64,000 nucleotides of DNA from an uncultured Acidimicrobiaceae bacterium (GTDB taxonomy: Bacteria; Actinomycetota; Acidimicrobiia; Spongiisociales; ZC4RG35): NCBI GenBank assembly GCA_964571765.1, contig CAZNDH010000007.1:4370-68369 (forward strand). The letters run 5' to 3'. This document shows positions 18,361 to 28,493 of the stretch, piece by piece (positions within the stretch are counted from its first letter, which is position 1; each line of letters starts with the position of its first letter). Below the pieces are notes generated by a model, which saw only the letters and a list, made by a program, of their open reading frames with translations, ran no database searches and was not told where the DNA came from. The translations under genes were made by a program, and so were the position numbers.

Positions 18361-19311
18361 TCATGTGAGGAATCCGTGCTCTCTCATCCAGTCGTCGTCG
18401 AACAGCTTGGACAGATAGCCGCGGCCCGAGTCGGGGATGATCACCACGACATGCTTGTCTTCCGCCTCAGCGGCCACCACTGCGGCCGCGTGGACCGCCA
18501 TTCCGCCTGAGCCCCCGGTGAGGATCCCCTCGGTCCTGGCGAGACGTCTCGCCGCGGCGAAAGAGGTTGCGTCGTCGACCTCGAGGAAGCGGTCGATCAC
18601 TGAGAGGTCGACGGTCTCGGGGTAGAAGTCCTCACCAACACCCTCGACCAGATACTGGTGGATGTCGCCGTCCGGGCCCTTGGTGTAGATCGAGCCCTCA
18701 GGGTCGGCTCCGACCACCTCGATCCCGGGTCGCCTCTCCTTGAGGTACCTACCCGCCCCGGTGATCGTGCCCCCTGTGCCCACCCCGGCGACGAGGATGT
18801 CGATCCGTCCCCCGGTCCCGTCCCAGATCTCGGGCCCGGTGGTTTGGTAGTGCGCTTCGGGATTGGCCATGTTGGAGTACTGGTCGGGGTGAAACGCCCC
18901 GTCGATCTCCGACGCCAGCCTCCTGGCGACCGCGTAGTAGGAGTCGGGGTGCTCGGGGAGGAGCTCGGTAGGTGTCACCACCACCTCGACCCCGAAGGCC
19001 TTGAGGAGGTCCTGCTTCTCCTTGGAGACCTTGTCGGGAACGGTGCAGATCACCCGGTAACCCCGGATCGCCCCCACCATGGCCAGCCCCACACCGGTGT
19101 TGCCCGAAGTGGGCTCGACGATGGTCCCGCCCGGCCCAAGCAGTCCCGCCTCCTCGGCCCGGTCGATCATCGCCACCGCGATCCGGTCCTTGACCGAGCC
19201 TCCCGGGTTGCTCAACTCGACCTTGGCGACCAGGTTGCCGGGGGGGTGGAAACGGCTCAGTCTGACCAGCGGGGTATGGCCAATCGTGGCGAGGATGTCG
19301 ACGTGGATCAA
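18361..19311 (-). CDS. PLP-dependent cysteine synthase / cystathionine beta-synthase family enzyme
   Basis: PLP-lysine motif GGSVKDRIA and SGNTGVGLA loop. No CBS-domain tail. Start is either TTG 19311 (favoured by the -10 box 7 nt upstream and the usual ~10 aa before IGHTPLV) or TTG 19335. Confidence 0.86.
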   Translation of the reverse strand: MIHVDILATIGHTPLVRLSRFHPPGNLVAKVELSNPGGSVKDRIAVAMIDRAEEAGLLGPGGTIVEPTSGNTGVGLAMVGAIRGYRVICTVPDKVSKEKQDLLKAFGVEVVVTPTELLPEHPDSYYAVARRLASEIDGAFHPDQYSNMANPEAHYQTTGPEIWDGTGGRIDILVAGVGTGGTITGAGRYLKERRPGIEVVGADPEGSIYTKGPDGDIHQYLVEGVGEDFYPETVDLSVIDRFLEVDDATSFAAARRLARTEGILTGGSGGMAVHAAAVVAAEAEDKHVVVIIPDSGRGYLSKLFDDDWMREHGFLT

Positions 19312-19318
19312 GATGTGA

Positions 19319-19324
19319 AAGGTA
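19319..19324 (-). promoter_or_regulatory. -10 box, leaderless cysK-like gene
   Basis: GGTACCTT (minus strand), 7 nt before TTG 19311. The same octamer and spacing occur at 23575-23582 and 25368-25375. Confidence 0.45.
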
Positions 19325-19353
19325 CCTGGTGCCAAGTGCCAAGTACCAAGTAC
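19319..19353 (-). repeat. five tandem heptads GTACTTG GTACTTG GCACTTG GCACCAG GTACCTT
   Basis: Read directly on the minus strand. The last heptad contains the -10 box. Confidence 0.7.
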
Positions 19354-19388
19354 GGCGGGTTGCCGGCCACTCGTGCAGCCGACACTCG

Positions 19389-19394
19389 TAACCT
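19389..19394 (+). promoter_or_regulatory. -10 box for ctaA (leaderless or 1-2-nt leader)
   Basis: TAACCT, 9 nt before ATG 19404. Confidence 0.4.
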
Positions 19395-19403
19395 GGGTGG
19401 CCG

Positions 19404-20288
19404 ATGACCCGCCTTCTCCGATTCGCCTGGCTCGTCCTGGTTTTCAACGTCGTTGTGATCCTGGGCGGGGCTCTGGTCCGCGCCACCGGCAGCGGCGCAG
19501 GTTGTGGCCGATCCTGGCCCACCTGTCAGGGTCAGATCGTGCCTGAGATGGGAGGGGCCACCACCATCGAGTTCTCCCACCGGGCCATGAGCGGTCTGGC
19601 CTTGCTTCTGGTGGTGCTCCTCGCCCTCTGGGTCCGTGGTGCCACCGACCGGGGCCATCCTGCTCGCACCGGCGCTCTGCTCTCAGTGATCGCCATCGTG
19701 GGCGAAGCCCTGATCGGAGCCATGATCGTGCTGGCGGAATGGGTCGGCGATGATGCCTCGGTGGCCCGGGTGGTGGCCGTCCCCCTGCACCTGGTAAACA
19801 CCCTGTTTCTCCTCGCTGCCCTGACCCTGACCGTCTTCTGGATCTCCGGCGGTGGTCGACTCGATTGGCGGGCCAGCCGCAGGGTCACCAAAGGGGTGGC
19901 CGTGGCCGGGATCGCCTTGGTCCTGATCTTTGCCAGTGGGGCGGTCACCGCCCTGGCCGACACCTTGTTCCCTATCGGCGGGGACGATCTCAGCGATGAG
20001 GAGCACTTTCTCACCACCATCAGGGTGGTCCACCCGGCCCTGGCCGTAGTGGTGGTGGCCGCGGCCTGGTGGGCTTCGGCCCGGAGCAGGATGCCTCGAG
20101 GGCGGGCGGCGAAGGCGATTCCGATCCTGGTGGGTGCGATGATGCTCACCGGGGTGGCCAACATCTTCCTCGGTGTGCCGGTGGCGATGCAATTACTCCA
20201 CCTGGCACTCGCCGATGCCTTGTGGGTGGCCTACGTCTTGCTCTCCGCACGGCTCCTTTCGGTGACGCCGATCAGGGAAGCGGTCTGA
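19404..20288 (+). CDS. ctaA: heme A synthase (COX15/CtaA family)
   Basis: 294 aa, polytopic. GGALVRATGSGAGCGRSWPTCQG and EFSHR motifs. Confidence 0.85.
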   Translation: MTRLLRFAWLVLVFNVVVILGGALVRATGSGAGCGRSWPTCQGQIVPEMGGATTIEFSHRAMSGLALLLVVLLALWVRGATDRGHPARTGALLSVIAIVGEALIGAMIVLAEWVGDDASVARVVAVPLHLVNTLFLLAALTLTVFWISGGGRLDWRASRRVTKGVAVAGIALVLIFASGAVTALADTLFPIGGDDLSDEEHFLTTIRVVHPALAVVVVAAAWWASARSRMPRGRAAKAIPILVGAMMLTGVANIFLGVPVAMQLLHLALADALWVAYVLLSARLLSVTPIREAV

Positions 20289-20739
20289 TCGCCGCCTGGC
20301 GGTCGTCGCCCAGCAGGTACCGGGGCCCGGTGCCCAGGGCGGCCGCTCGGTCGCCGGGGTTGAACAGGCCACAGCTCCTCAATGAGAGGCATCCACACCC
20401 GATGCACTCGGACAACTCGTCTCGGAGGGCGATCAGTTCCGAGATCTGGGAGTCGAGCCGGCTCCGCCACGACCTGGACAACCGGTCCCAGTCCGATTTG
20501 GTGGGCACGCCGCCTTCGGGGAGGGTGGCCAGTGCCTCGGCCAGCTCGGCGAGCGACAGGCCCACCTCCTGGCCCGCCCGGATCAGGGCGACCCTTCGGA
20601 GGACAGCGCGGGGATAACGTCGCTGGTTGCCATCGGTCCTCTCCGAAGAGATCAGACCTTTGGTCTCGTAGAAGCGAAGAGCGGAGGTGGCCACGCCGGA
20701 TCGTTTCGCCACCTCTCCAATGGTCAGCCAGTAGTCCAT
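20272..20739 (-). CDS. soxR: redox-sensitive MerR-family regulator SoxR
   Basis: 155 aa. MerR HTH (LTIGEVAKRSGVATSALRFYE) and the [2Fe-2S] motif CIGCGCLSLRSC. The 462-aa track ORF is an antisense extension over the MBL gene. Confidence 0.9.
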   Translation of the reverse strand: MDYWLTIGEVAKRSGVATSALRFYETKGLISSERTDGNQRRYPRAVLRRVALIRAGQEVGLSLAELAEALATLPEGGVPTKSDWDRLSRSWRSRLDSQISELIALRDELSECIGCGCLSLRSCGLFNPGDRAAALGTGPRYLLGDDRQAAIRPLP

Positions 20740-20746
20740 GGGTCCA

Positions 20747-20752
20747 ACCCTA
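20747..20752 (-). promoter_or_regulatory. -10 box, leaderless soxR
   Basis: TAGGGT (minus strand), 7 nt before ATG 20739. Confidence 0.5.
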
Positions 20753-20762
20753 CCGAGGCTGA

Positions 20763-20782
20763 ACCGGAAGTTAGATCGAGGT
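20763..20782. promoter_or_regulatory. SoxR-box-like sequence
   Basis: ACCGGAAGTTAGATCGAGGT matches 15/20 positions of the palindromic SoxR box ACCTCAAGTTAACTTGAGGT. It is centred exactly midway between the soxR and MBL start codons. The left half-site is poor. Confidence 0.3.
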
Positions 20783-20793
20783 TCACTAGAGGG

Positions 20794-20799
20794 TAACCT
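20794..20799 (+). promoter_or_regulatory. -10 box, leaderless MBL hydrolase gene
   Basis: TAACCT, 6 nt before ATG 20806. Lies inside the inverted repeat CGAGGTT(20777-83)/AACCTCG(20795-801). Confidence 0.5.
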
Positions 20800-20805
20800 C
20801 GGCTG

Positions 20806-21599
20806 ATGATCCAGGAGGTGGGTGTCGGTGTGTTCCGTTTCCGCTATCCGACTCTGGACGAGAACGTCGGGGTGGTGGTCGGGGATGAGGGGGTCCTCAT
20901 CGTCGATACTCGATCGACTCATGCCCAGGGCGATGAAATCCTCGCCGATCTGGCCCGGGTGACCGACCTCGCGGTGGCCTGGGTGGTCAACACCCACTGG
21001 CATTGGGACCACGTCTTCGGGAACTCCCGGTTCCCCGGCGCCGAGATCTGGGGTCATGACCGCACCAGCGAGACCTTGACGTCCCGTCCCGACGAGATGA
21101 AGGCTGACGCCCTGGAGTGGCTGGGCGACACCGCCAGGGAGGAGATCGCCACGGTGGAGATCGTTCCTCCCCAACGGACACTGTCGGAGAGGGCAACCCT
21201 TGATATCGGCCGGACCGTGGAGCTCAGCTACCACGGGCTGGGGCACACCGACGCCGACATCCGTGTAGTCATCAGCGATGGGTCGGTGGTGTTCCTCGGC
21301 GACCTGATCGAAGAAGGGGGGCCACCCGCCTTCGATGACAGCTTCCCTCTGGAGTGGCCGGCCACCTTGGCCGGTGCCATCGCTGACTTGGAGTCGGTGG
21401 TAGTCCCCGGGCACGGCGATATCGTCGACCGGGAATATGTCCTCGGACAGCAGGAGGAGTTGGCCGAGGTAGCCGACTTGGCGGTGCAGTGTCTCGCAGG
21501 GGAGATCGGCACCAAACGGATGATCGCCTCCGGGCCCTATCCCGCCGAGGTGATGACCACCGCCTTGGACCGGGCCCGGGTCACCGGCGCTCCATCCGG

Positions 21600-21603
<4 letters not shown>
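20806..21603 (+). CDS. MBL-fold metallo-hydrolase
   Basis: 265 aa with the HxHxDH motif NTHWHWDH. Divergent from soxR. Confidence 0.85.
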
Positions 21604-23567
<1,964 letters not shown>

Positions 23568-23574
23568 GTCCCCA

Positions 23575-23580
23575 AAGGTA
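23575..23580 (-). promoter_or_regulatory. -10 box, leaderless DUF255 thioredoxin-domain gene
   Basis: GGTACCTT (minus strand), 7 nt before ATG 23567. Confidence 0.55.
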
Positions 23581-23616
23581 CCGCGGCCCCGGGGTCAGCG
23601 GTTGAGAGCGGGCGGC

Positions 23617-23622
23617 TACCCT
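23617..23622 (+). promoter_or_regulatory. -10 box for the SixA-like gene
   Basis: TACCCT. 7 nt downstream lies an out-of-frame GTG (23630). In-frame GTGs follow at 23635 and 23668. Confidence 0.4.
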
Positions 23623-23667
23623 GGCGGTGGTGAAGTGCCGGTGCCGTCCTGGGTGGGGGCCACCACG

Positions 23668-24144
23668 GTGAAGACCCTTCTCGTGATGAGGCATGCCAAG
23701 TCGGACTGGACCGCGGACTTCTCCGCCGATCACGACCGCCCGCTCAACCAGAGGGGCACCACGGCGGCGCGCCACATGGGCCGGCTCCTTGCCGAGAAGG
23801 GTCTGGTTCCCGACCTGGTGATGTCCTCGACGGCGGTGCGTGCCCGGGCCACCGCCGAGTTGGCCATCGAGGCCGGGGGTTGGCCCAGTCCTTTGATGCT
23901 GGTGCCAGAGTTCTACGGCACCGGTCCCGGTAAGGTGCTCGAGCACGCCGCCGGCGCCGGAGAGGCCAACACCTTGTTGATCGTCGGGCACCAGCCGACC
24001 TGGGGTGGAGTGGTGCAATGGCTCACCGGTGAGCGCATCGAGGTCAAGACGGCAACCGTGGCCGTTGTCGAGGTTGACCTCACCGACTGGTCGTCGCTTC
24101 CTTCCAGCAGGGGGAGGTTGACCGCTGTCCTCCACCCGCGATGA
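23668..24144 (+). CDS. histidine phosphatase family protein (SixA-like)
   Basis: RHAKS catalytic motif directly after GTG 23668 (VKTLLVMRHAKSDW). In-frame GTG 23635 is an alternative start. The track ORF start 23542 overlaps the divergent gene. Confidence 0.75.
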   Translation: MKTLLVMRHAKSDWTADFSADHDRPLNQRGTTAARHMGRLLAEKGLVPDLVMSSTAVRARATAELAIEAGGWPSPLMLVPEFYGTGPGKVLEHAAGAGEANTLLIVGHQPTWGGVVQWLTGERIEVKTATVAVVEVDLTDWSSLPSSRGRLTAVLHPR

Positions 24145-24249
24145 GTGGTTCCGCCACCGGACCGGAAATACCCGGGGGGCACTCGGTGTTGTATCCGATG
24201 TTCCCAATCGAGAACCTGCCCGACCCATGGACTGGGGAAAACTGGGGGG

Positions 24250-24277
24250 TTCACAAACCGTGCGGAATGCGTATATT
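24250..24277 (+). promoter_or_regulatory. sigma-70-type promoter for the principal-type sigma gene
   Basis: TTCACA (24250-24255), 16-nt spacer, TATATT (24272-24277). Leader of about 55 nt with GGAGGA. Confidence 0.45.
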
Positions 24278-24336
24278 TGAGCATTCGGGGTGGAACCCCG
24301 GTTTGCACCACAGCCCTGCGGAGGACTTGAACCCTT

Positions 24337-25326
<990 letters not shown>

Positions 25327-25369
25327 GGCTTGGCGTAGCCGAGCCGCACTTGGTGCTGGGAGATTCGGG

Positions 25370-25375
25370 TACCTT
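25370..25375 (+). promoter_or_regulatory. -10 box, leaderless CBS-domain gene
   Basis: GGTACCTT, 7 nt before ATG 25383. Confidence 0.55.
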
Positions 25376-25382
25376 GTCGTCG

Positions 25383-25760
25383 ATGCAGCTCGGAGAACTA
25401 CTCGGGAGTGGGCCCTACGCCTGTGGTCCGGCGACCACCCTGGTCGAGGCGGCTGCTGCGATGGAGGAGTCTGATCTCGGCTCTCTCGCCGTGGTCGAAG
25501 GGCTGACGCTGTTGGGTTTGGTGACCGAACGCGACCTTCGACGAGCAATAGCTCGAGGCACCGATGTGCACCAGACCACGGTTGCCGACGTCATGGGAGC
25601 CGATCCGGACACCTTCGATGCCGACCTCGACGTATGGGACGCCGCGGCGTGGATGGCAGAGTCGGACTACCGGCACCTACCGGTGGTCGATGACGATGGA
25701 ACGCTGCTCGGGGTGGTGTCGCTCCGGGATCTGCTCAAAGCCCTGGTCGACACCGTCTGA
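25383..25760 (+). CDS. CBS-domain pair protein
   Basis: 125 aa with two CBS repeats (..LGSLAVVEG..LGLVTERDL.. / ..HLPVVDDDGTLLGVVSLRDLL). ORF trimmed to ATG 25383. Confidence 0.8.
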   Translation: MQLGELLGSGPYACGPATTLVEAAAAMEESDLGSLAVVEGLTLLGLVTERDLRRAIARGTDVHQTTVADVMGADPDTFDADLDVWDAAAWMAESDYRHLPVVDDDGTLLGVVSLRDLLKALVDTV

Positions 25761-25788
25761 GCACCAAATAGCGAGCGAAGCTGGGGCC

Positions 25789-26205
25789 TTACCGCCAGAC
25801 GGTGAGGACCGCGGTCACGATGGTGAAGGCGATCACCGCGTTTGCTCCATTGATCAGCCAGTACCGGCCCCCCTTTCGCTCGTAGAGCTGGACGATGAGA
25901 GCGCTGACCACACCAAAGGCGATGCCCAGGCTGACTCCAAGGGCTATGGCGTGGGTCAAGGTGGTGGCATCCAACGCCTCGACAAGCAAGGCGATGACCA
26001 CTGTCGTGATCAGATAGCCGATGAAGGTGGGCAGGAAGATGGCGACCAATGGTGGGCCCTCGGCGGACATGTCCACCCTCGACTCCCGCTGCCACATCCG
26101 GCTCAAGGGGGGTACCGAGTACCACACCGCGCTGAATCCGAACCAGGCAAGGGCTGCAACGATCACGGCCAGCCAGTTGAGCTCGCTGAATAGGTCGGTG
26201 ATCAC
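25789..26205 (-). CDS. DUF1761-family membrane protein
   Basis: 138 aa. LNWLAVIVAALAWFGFSAVWYS is typical of the family. GTG start with GGAGGAG upstream. Confidence 0.65.
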   Translation of the reverse strand: MITDLFSELNWLAVIVAALAWFGFSAVWYSVPPLSRMWQRESRVDMSAEGPPLVAIFLPTFIGYLITTVVIALLVEALDATTLTHAIALGVSLGIAFGVVSALIVQLYERKGGRYWLINGANAVIAFTIVTAVLTVWR

Positions 26206-26367
26206 CCGATCGACTCCTCCGCTTGGGTTGCCGGAAAACTAGTCACCTGGATGAGGGGCCGTCGGATCCGACCGGGACCCAAACCAACTTCAGCTCATCA
26301 ACGTTGGTGCCCCGCCTGTCCGGCGACCTCCTCGACCTCCTCGATCTGGTCCGCCATGTCGCGGCGC

Positions 26368-26555
26368 TCCCCACGATCCGGGCTCTGCGGCGAAAATGCC
26401 GTTGAGCAGGGTTCCCTCGAGTATGGCCACCCCAGCCCGGTCTCGCCCCCCTCCGTTCATGCCCCACGATGACCCGGTGTGGTCAGGTCATCTCCGTCGT
26501 AGGTCACCGGCTCGCCGGTGTCGACGTGTCTTCCGATGAAGAGGTCGTCGCCCAT
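26368..26555 (-). pseudogene. decayed N-terminal remnant of a large P-loop ATPase (DLTTH..GMTGSGKTGL..LLEEA..GIP type)
   Basis: Frame A reads MGDDLFIGRHVDTGEPVTYDGDDLTT and then stops. After a frameshift, the next frame reads GMNGGGRDRAGVAILEGTLLNGIFAAEPGSWG, a degraded Walker A. No further homologous sequence follows. Confidence 0.4.
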
Positions 26556-26696
26556 GGTCGGGAAGGTGCCAAGAGGGAGAGGCCAGCCGGCTTATTCGGT
26601 GGGATCGGTCACGGATCGCCCATATAGTGTCCTCCTCGGCCCCAAGGGGCGGTGGCGGCCTTGACTTGAAGCAGACTCGAACTTGTAGGTTCACCT

Positions 26697-28493
26697 TTGC
26701 CTGTGCCCAATGAACCGATGACACCTTGGACGGTCCTCCGCGACGGGGGCCGGTTGGTGGCGCGCTTCGTCCGCCTCCATCCGGTGGCCTTCGTCATCGG
26801 GGCGAGCGGTGCGGCGATGTATGCCGCGGCCATCATCGGGGCGTCCTACGTGGTGGGATGGGTCACCGACAACCTGATCATCCCGACGCTCGACACCGGT
26901 GAGGCCCCCGACCTCCTCCTCACCTCCGCTTTGCTCATCGTGGTGGTGGCCGTTTTCAAGGCGGTGGGGATAGTGATGCGTCGCACCGCGGCCGGTTGGC
27001 TCCAGTTCGGGACGAGAAGAGATATCCGAAATCTCCTCATGGAGCACCAGATGTCATTGAAGATGTCTTGGTTCGACCGCCAGGCGATCGGCGATCTGCT
27101 CGCCGTCGCCGACTCGGACACCGACCAGGGGACAGGGGTACTCGGCCCGCTCCCCTTCGCCACCGGAGTGTCCCTACTCCTGGTGGGGGCGATCACCCTG
27201 GTCTTCACGATCGACCCTTGGTTGGGCTTGGGGGCGGTGATCGGCCTGGCGGTGGTGATCGCCATCGATGTCAAGGGGAGCTGGATCACCTTCGGTCAGT
27301 GGGAGGCGGTGCAGGCCGCCCGGGGCCGGGTGTCCTCGATCGCCCATGAGAGCTTCGACGGCGCCCTGACCGTCAAGTCCCTGGGCAGGGAGGATATGGT
27401 CTCGGCACGATTCGGCGAGGCCAGCGACTTCCTCCGCGACCGCCTCATCACCGTCCTCTCCACTTGGACCCGTTACCAAGTGATCATCCGCGCCCTACCC
27501 CAGGCGCTCATCCTGGTGCTCATCGTGGTAGGGGCGATGCGAGTCGGCACCGGGGACATCACCCCAGGGAACGTGGTCACCGTGGTCTACCTCCTCTCCC
27601 TGCTCGCTTTCCCCATCCAGCTCATCGGCTTCGTTCTCTGGGACCTGGCGGGAAGCCTGGCCGGTTGGAGGCGGGTACAGGCGGTCCTCGACGCCGACGA
27701 CCACGTGGCATACGGCACCATGTCCGCGGTCAGGGGGGCCGGCCCGGCTCCGATCGCTGGTGCTGCCGTGGGCTTCGGCTATGGCGATGAACCCGTCCTC
27801 AGCGGTCTCGAGCTCGATCTGGAGGCAGGAACCACCCTGGCGGTGGTCGGGCCGACCGCCTCCGGCAAGTCGACCCTGACACTCCTCCTCGCCAGGCTGT
27901 GGGACCCCGACACCGGAGACATCCGCCTCGACGGTCGCGACCTGCGCAGCTTCGCTCCCTCGGAGCTCCCCCGGGAGGTGGCCTACGTGTCCCAGGACGC
28001 CTTCCTCTTCGACGCCACGGTACGGGGGAACATCACCCTCGACGACGAGTTCACCGAAGAGGAGGTGTGGGAGGCGGCCAAGCTGGCCGGGGCCCGGGAG
28101 TTCCTCGTCGACCTCCCCGACGGTCTCGACACCGAGCTCGGGGAGCGGGGCACCACCCTCTCCGGCGGGCAGCGCCAGAGGTTGGCCCTGGCCCGCGCCC
28201 TGATCCGCAAACCCAGGCTTCTCATCCTCGACGACGCCACCTCGGCGGTGGATCCCTCGGTCGAAGCGGAGATCCTGAGGTCGCTCAAGGTAGCCGAGCT
28301 CCCCTCGACCATCGTGGTGGTGGCCTATCGGCCTTCGTCGATACGACTTGCCGACGAGGTGGTCTACGTGGACCAGAAGAGGATATTGGGCCACGGCACC
28401 CACACCGAGATGCTCGGTTCGGTCCCGGGGTATGCCCGGCTGGTGCAGGCCTACGAGGAAGAGGCGCGACGTCTGCGACAGGAGGCCTCATGA
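26697..28493 (+). CDS. ABC exporter subunit (fused TMD-NBD) with non-catalytic Walker B (LILDDATS)
   Basis: 598 aa. Six-helix TMD, Walker A GPTASGKST, signature LSGGQRQR. Start TTG 26697; GTG 26703 and ATG 26718 are alternatives. Confidence 0.9.
   Translation: MPVPNEPMTPWTVLRDGGRLVARFVRLHPVAFVIGASGAAMYAAAIIGASYVVGWVTDNLIIPTLDTGEAPDLLLTSALLIVVVAVFKAVGIVMRRTAAGWLQFGTRRDIRNLLMEHQMSLKMSWFDRQAIGDLLAVADSDTDQGTGVLGPLPFATGVSLLLVGAITLVFTIDPWLGLGAVIGLAVVIAIDVKGSWITFGQWEAVQAARGRVSSIAHESFDGALTVKSLGREDMVSARFGEASDFLRDRLITVLSTWTRYQVIIRALPQALILVLIVVGAMRVGTGDITPGNVVTVVYLLSLLAFPIQLIGFVLWDLAGSLAGWRRVQAVLDADDHVAYGTMSAVRGAGPAPIAGAAVGFGYGDEPVLSGLELDLEAGTTLAVVGPTASGKSTLTLLLARLWDPDTGDIRLDGRDLRSFAPSELPREVAYVSQDAFLFDATVRGNITLDDEFTEEEVWEAAKLAGAREFLVDLPDGLDTELGERGTTLSGGQRQRLALARALIRKPRLLILDDATSAVDPSVEAEILRSLKVAELPSTIVVVAYRPSSIRLADEVVYVDQKRILGHGTHTEMLGSVPGYARLVQAYEEEARRLRQEAS

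Noticed and set aside
19319-19353. Heptad arrays as a CRISPR or minisatellite
   Set aside because: The unit length is 7 nt with no spacers and only 4-5 copies. No cas genes are present, so this is not CRISPR-like.
26661-26691. Promoter TTGACT-19-TAGGTT for the ABC operon, with a leaderless TTG 26697
   Set aside because: The spacer is long (19 nt), and the -10 box is only 5 nt from a TTG codon, which is atypical for leaderless initiation. It is left unannotated, and the start of the first ABC gene remains uncertain.
27899-28489. Upstream start (27899) for the second ABC subunit
   Set aside because: It lies entirely within the NBD of the first subunit in another frame. The ATGA-coupled start at 28490 gives the expected TMD N-terminus.
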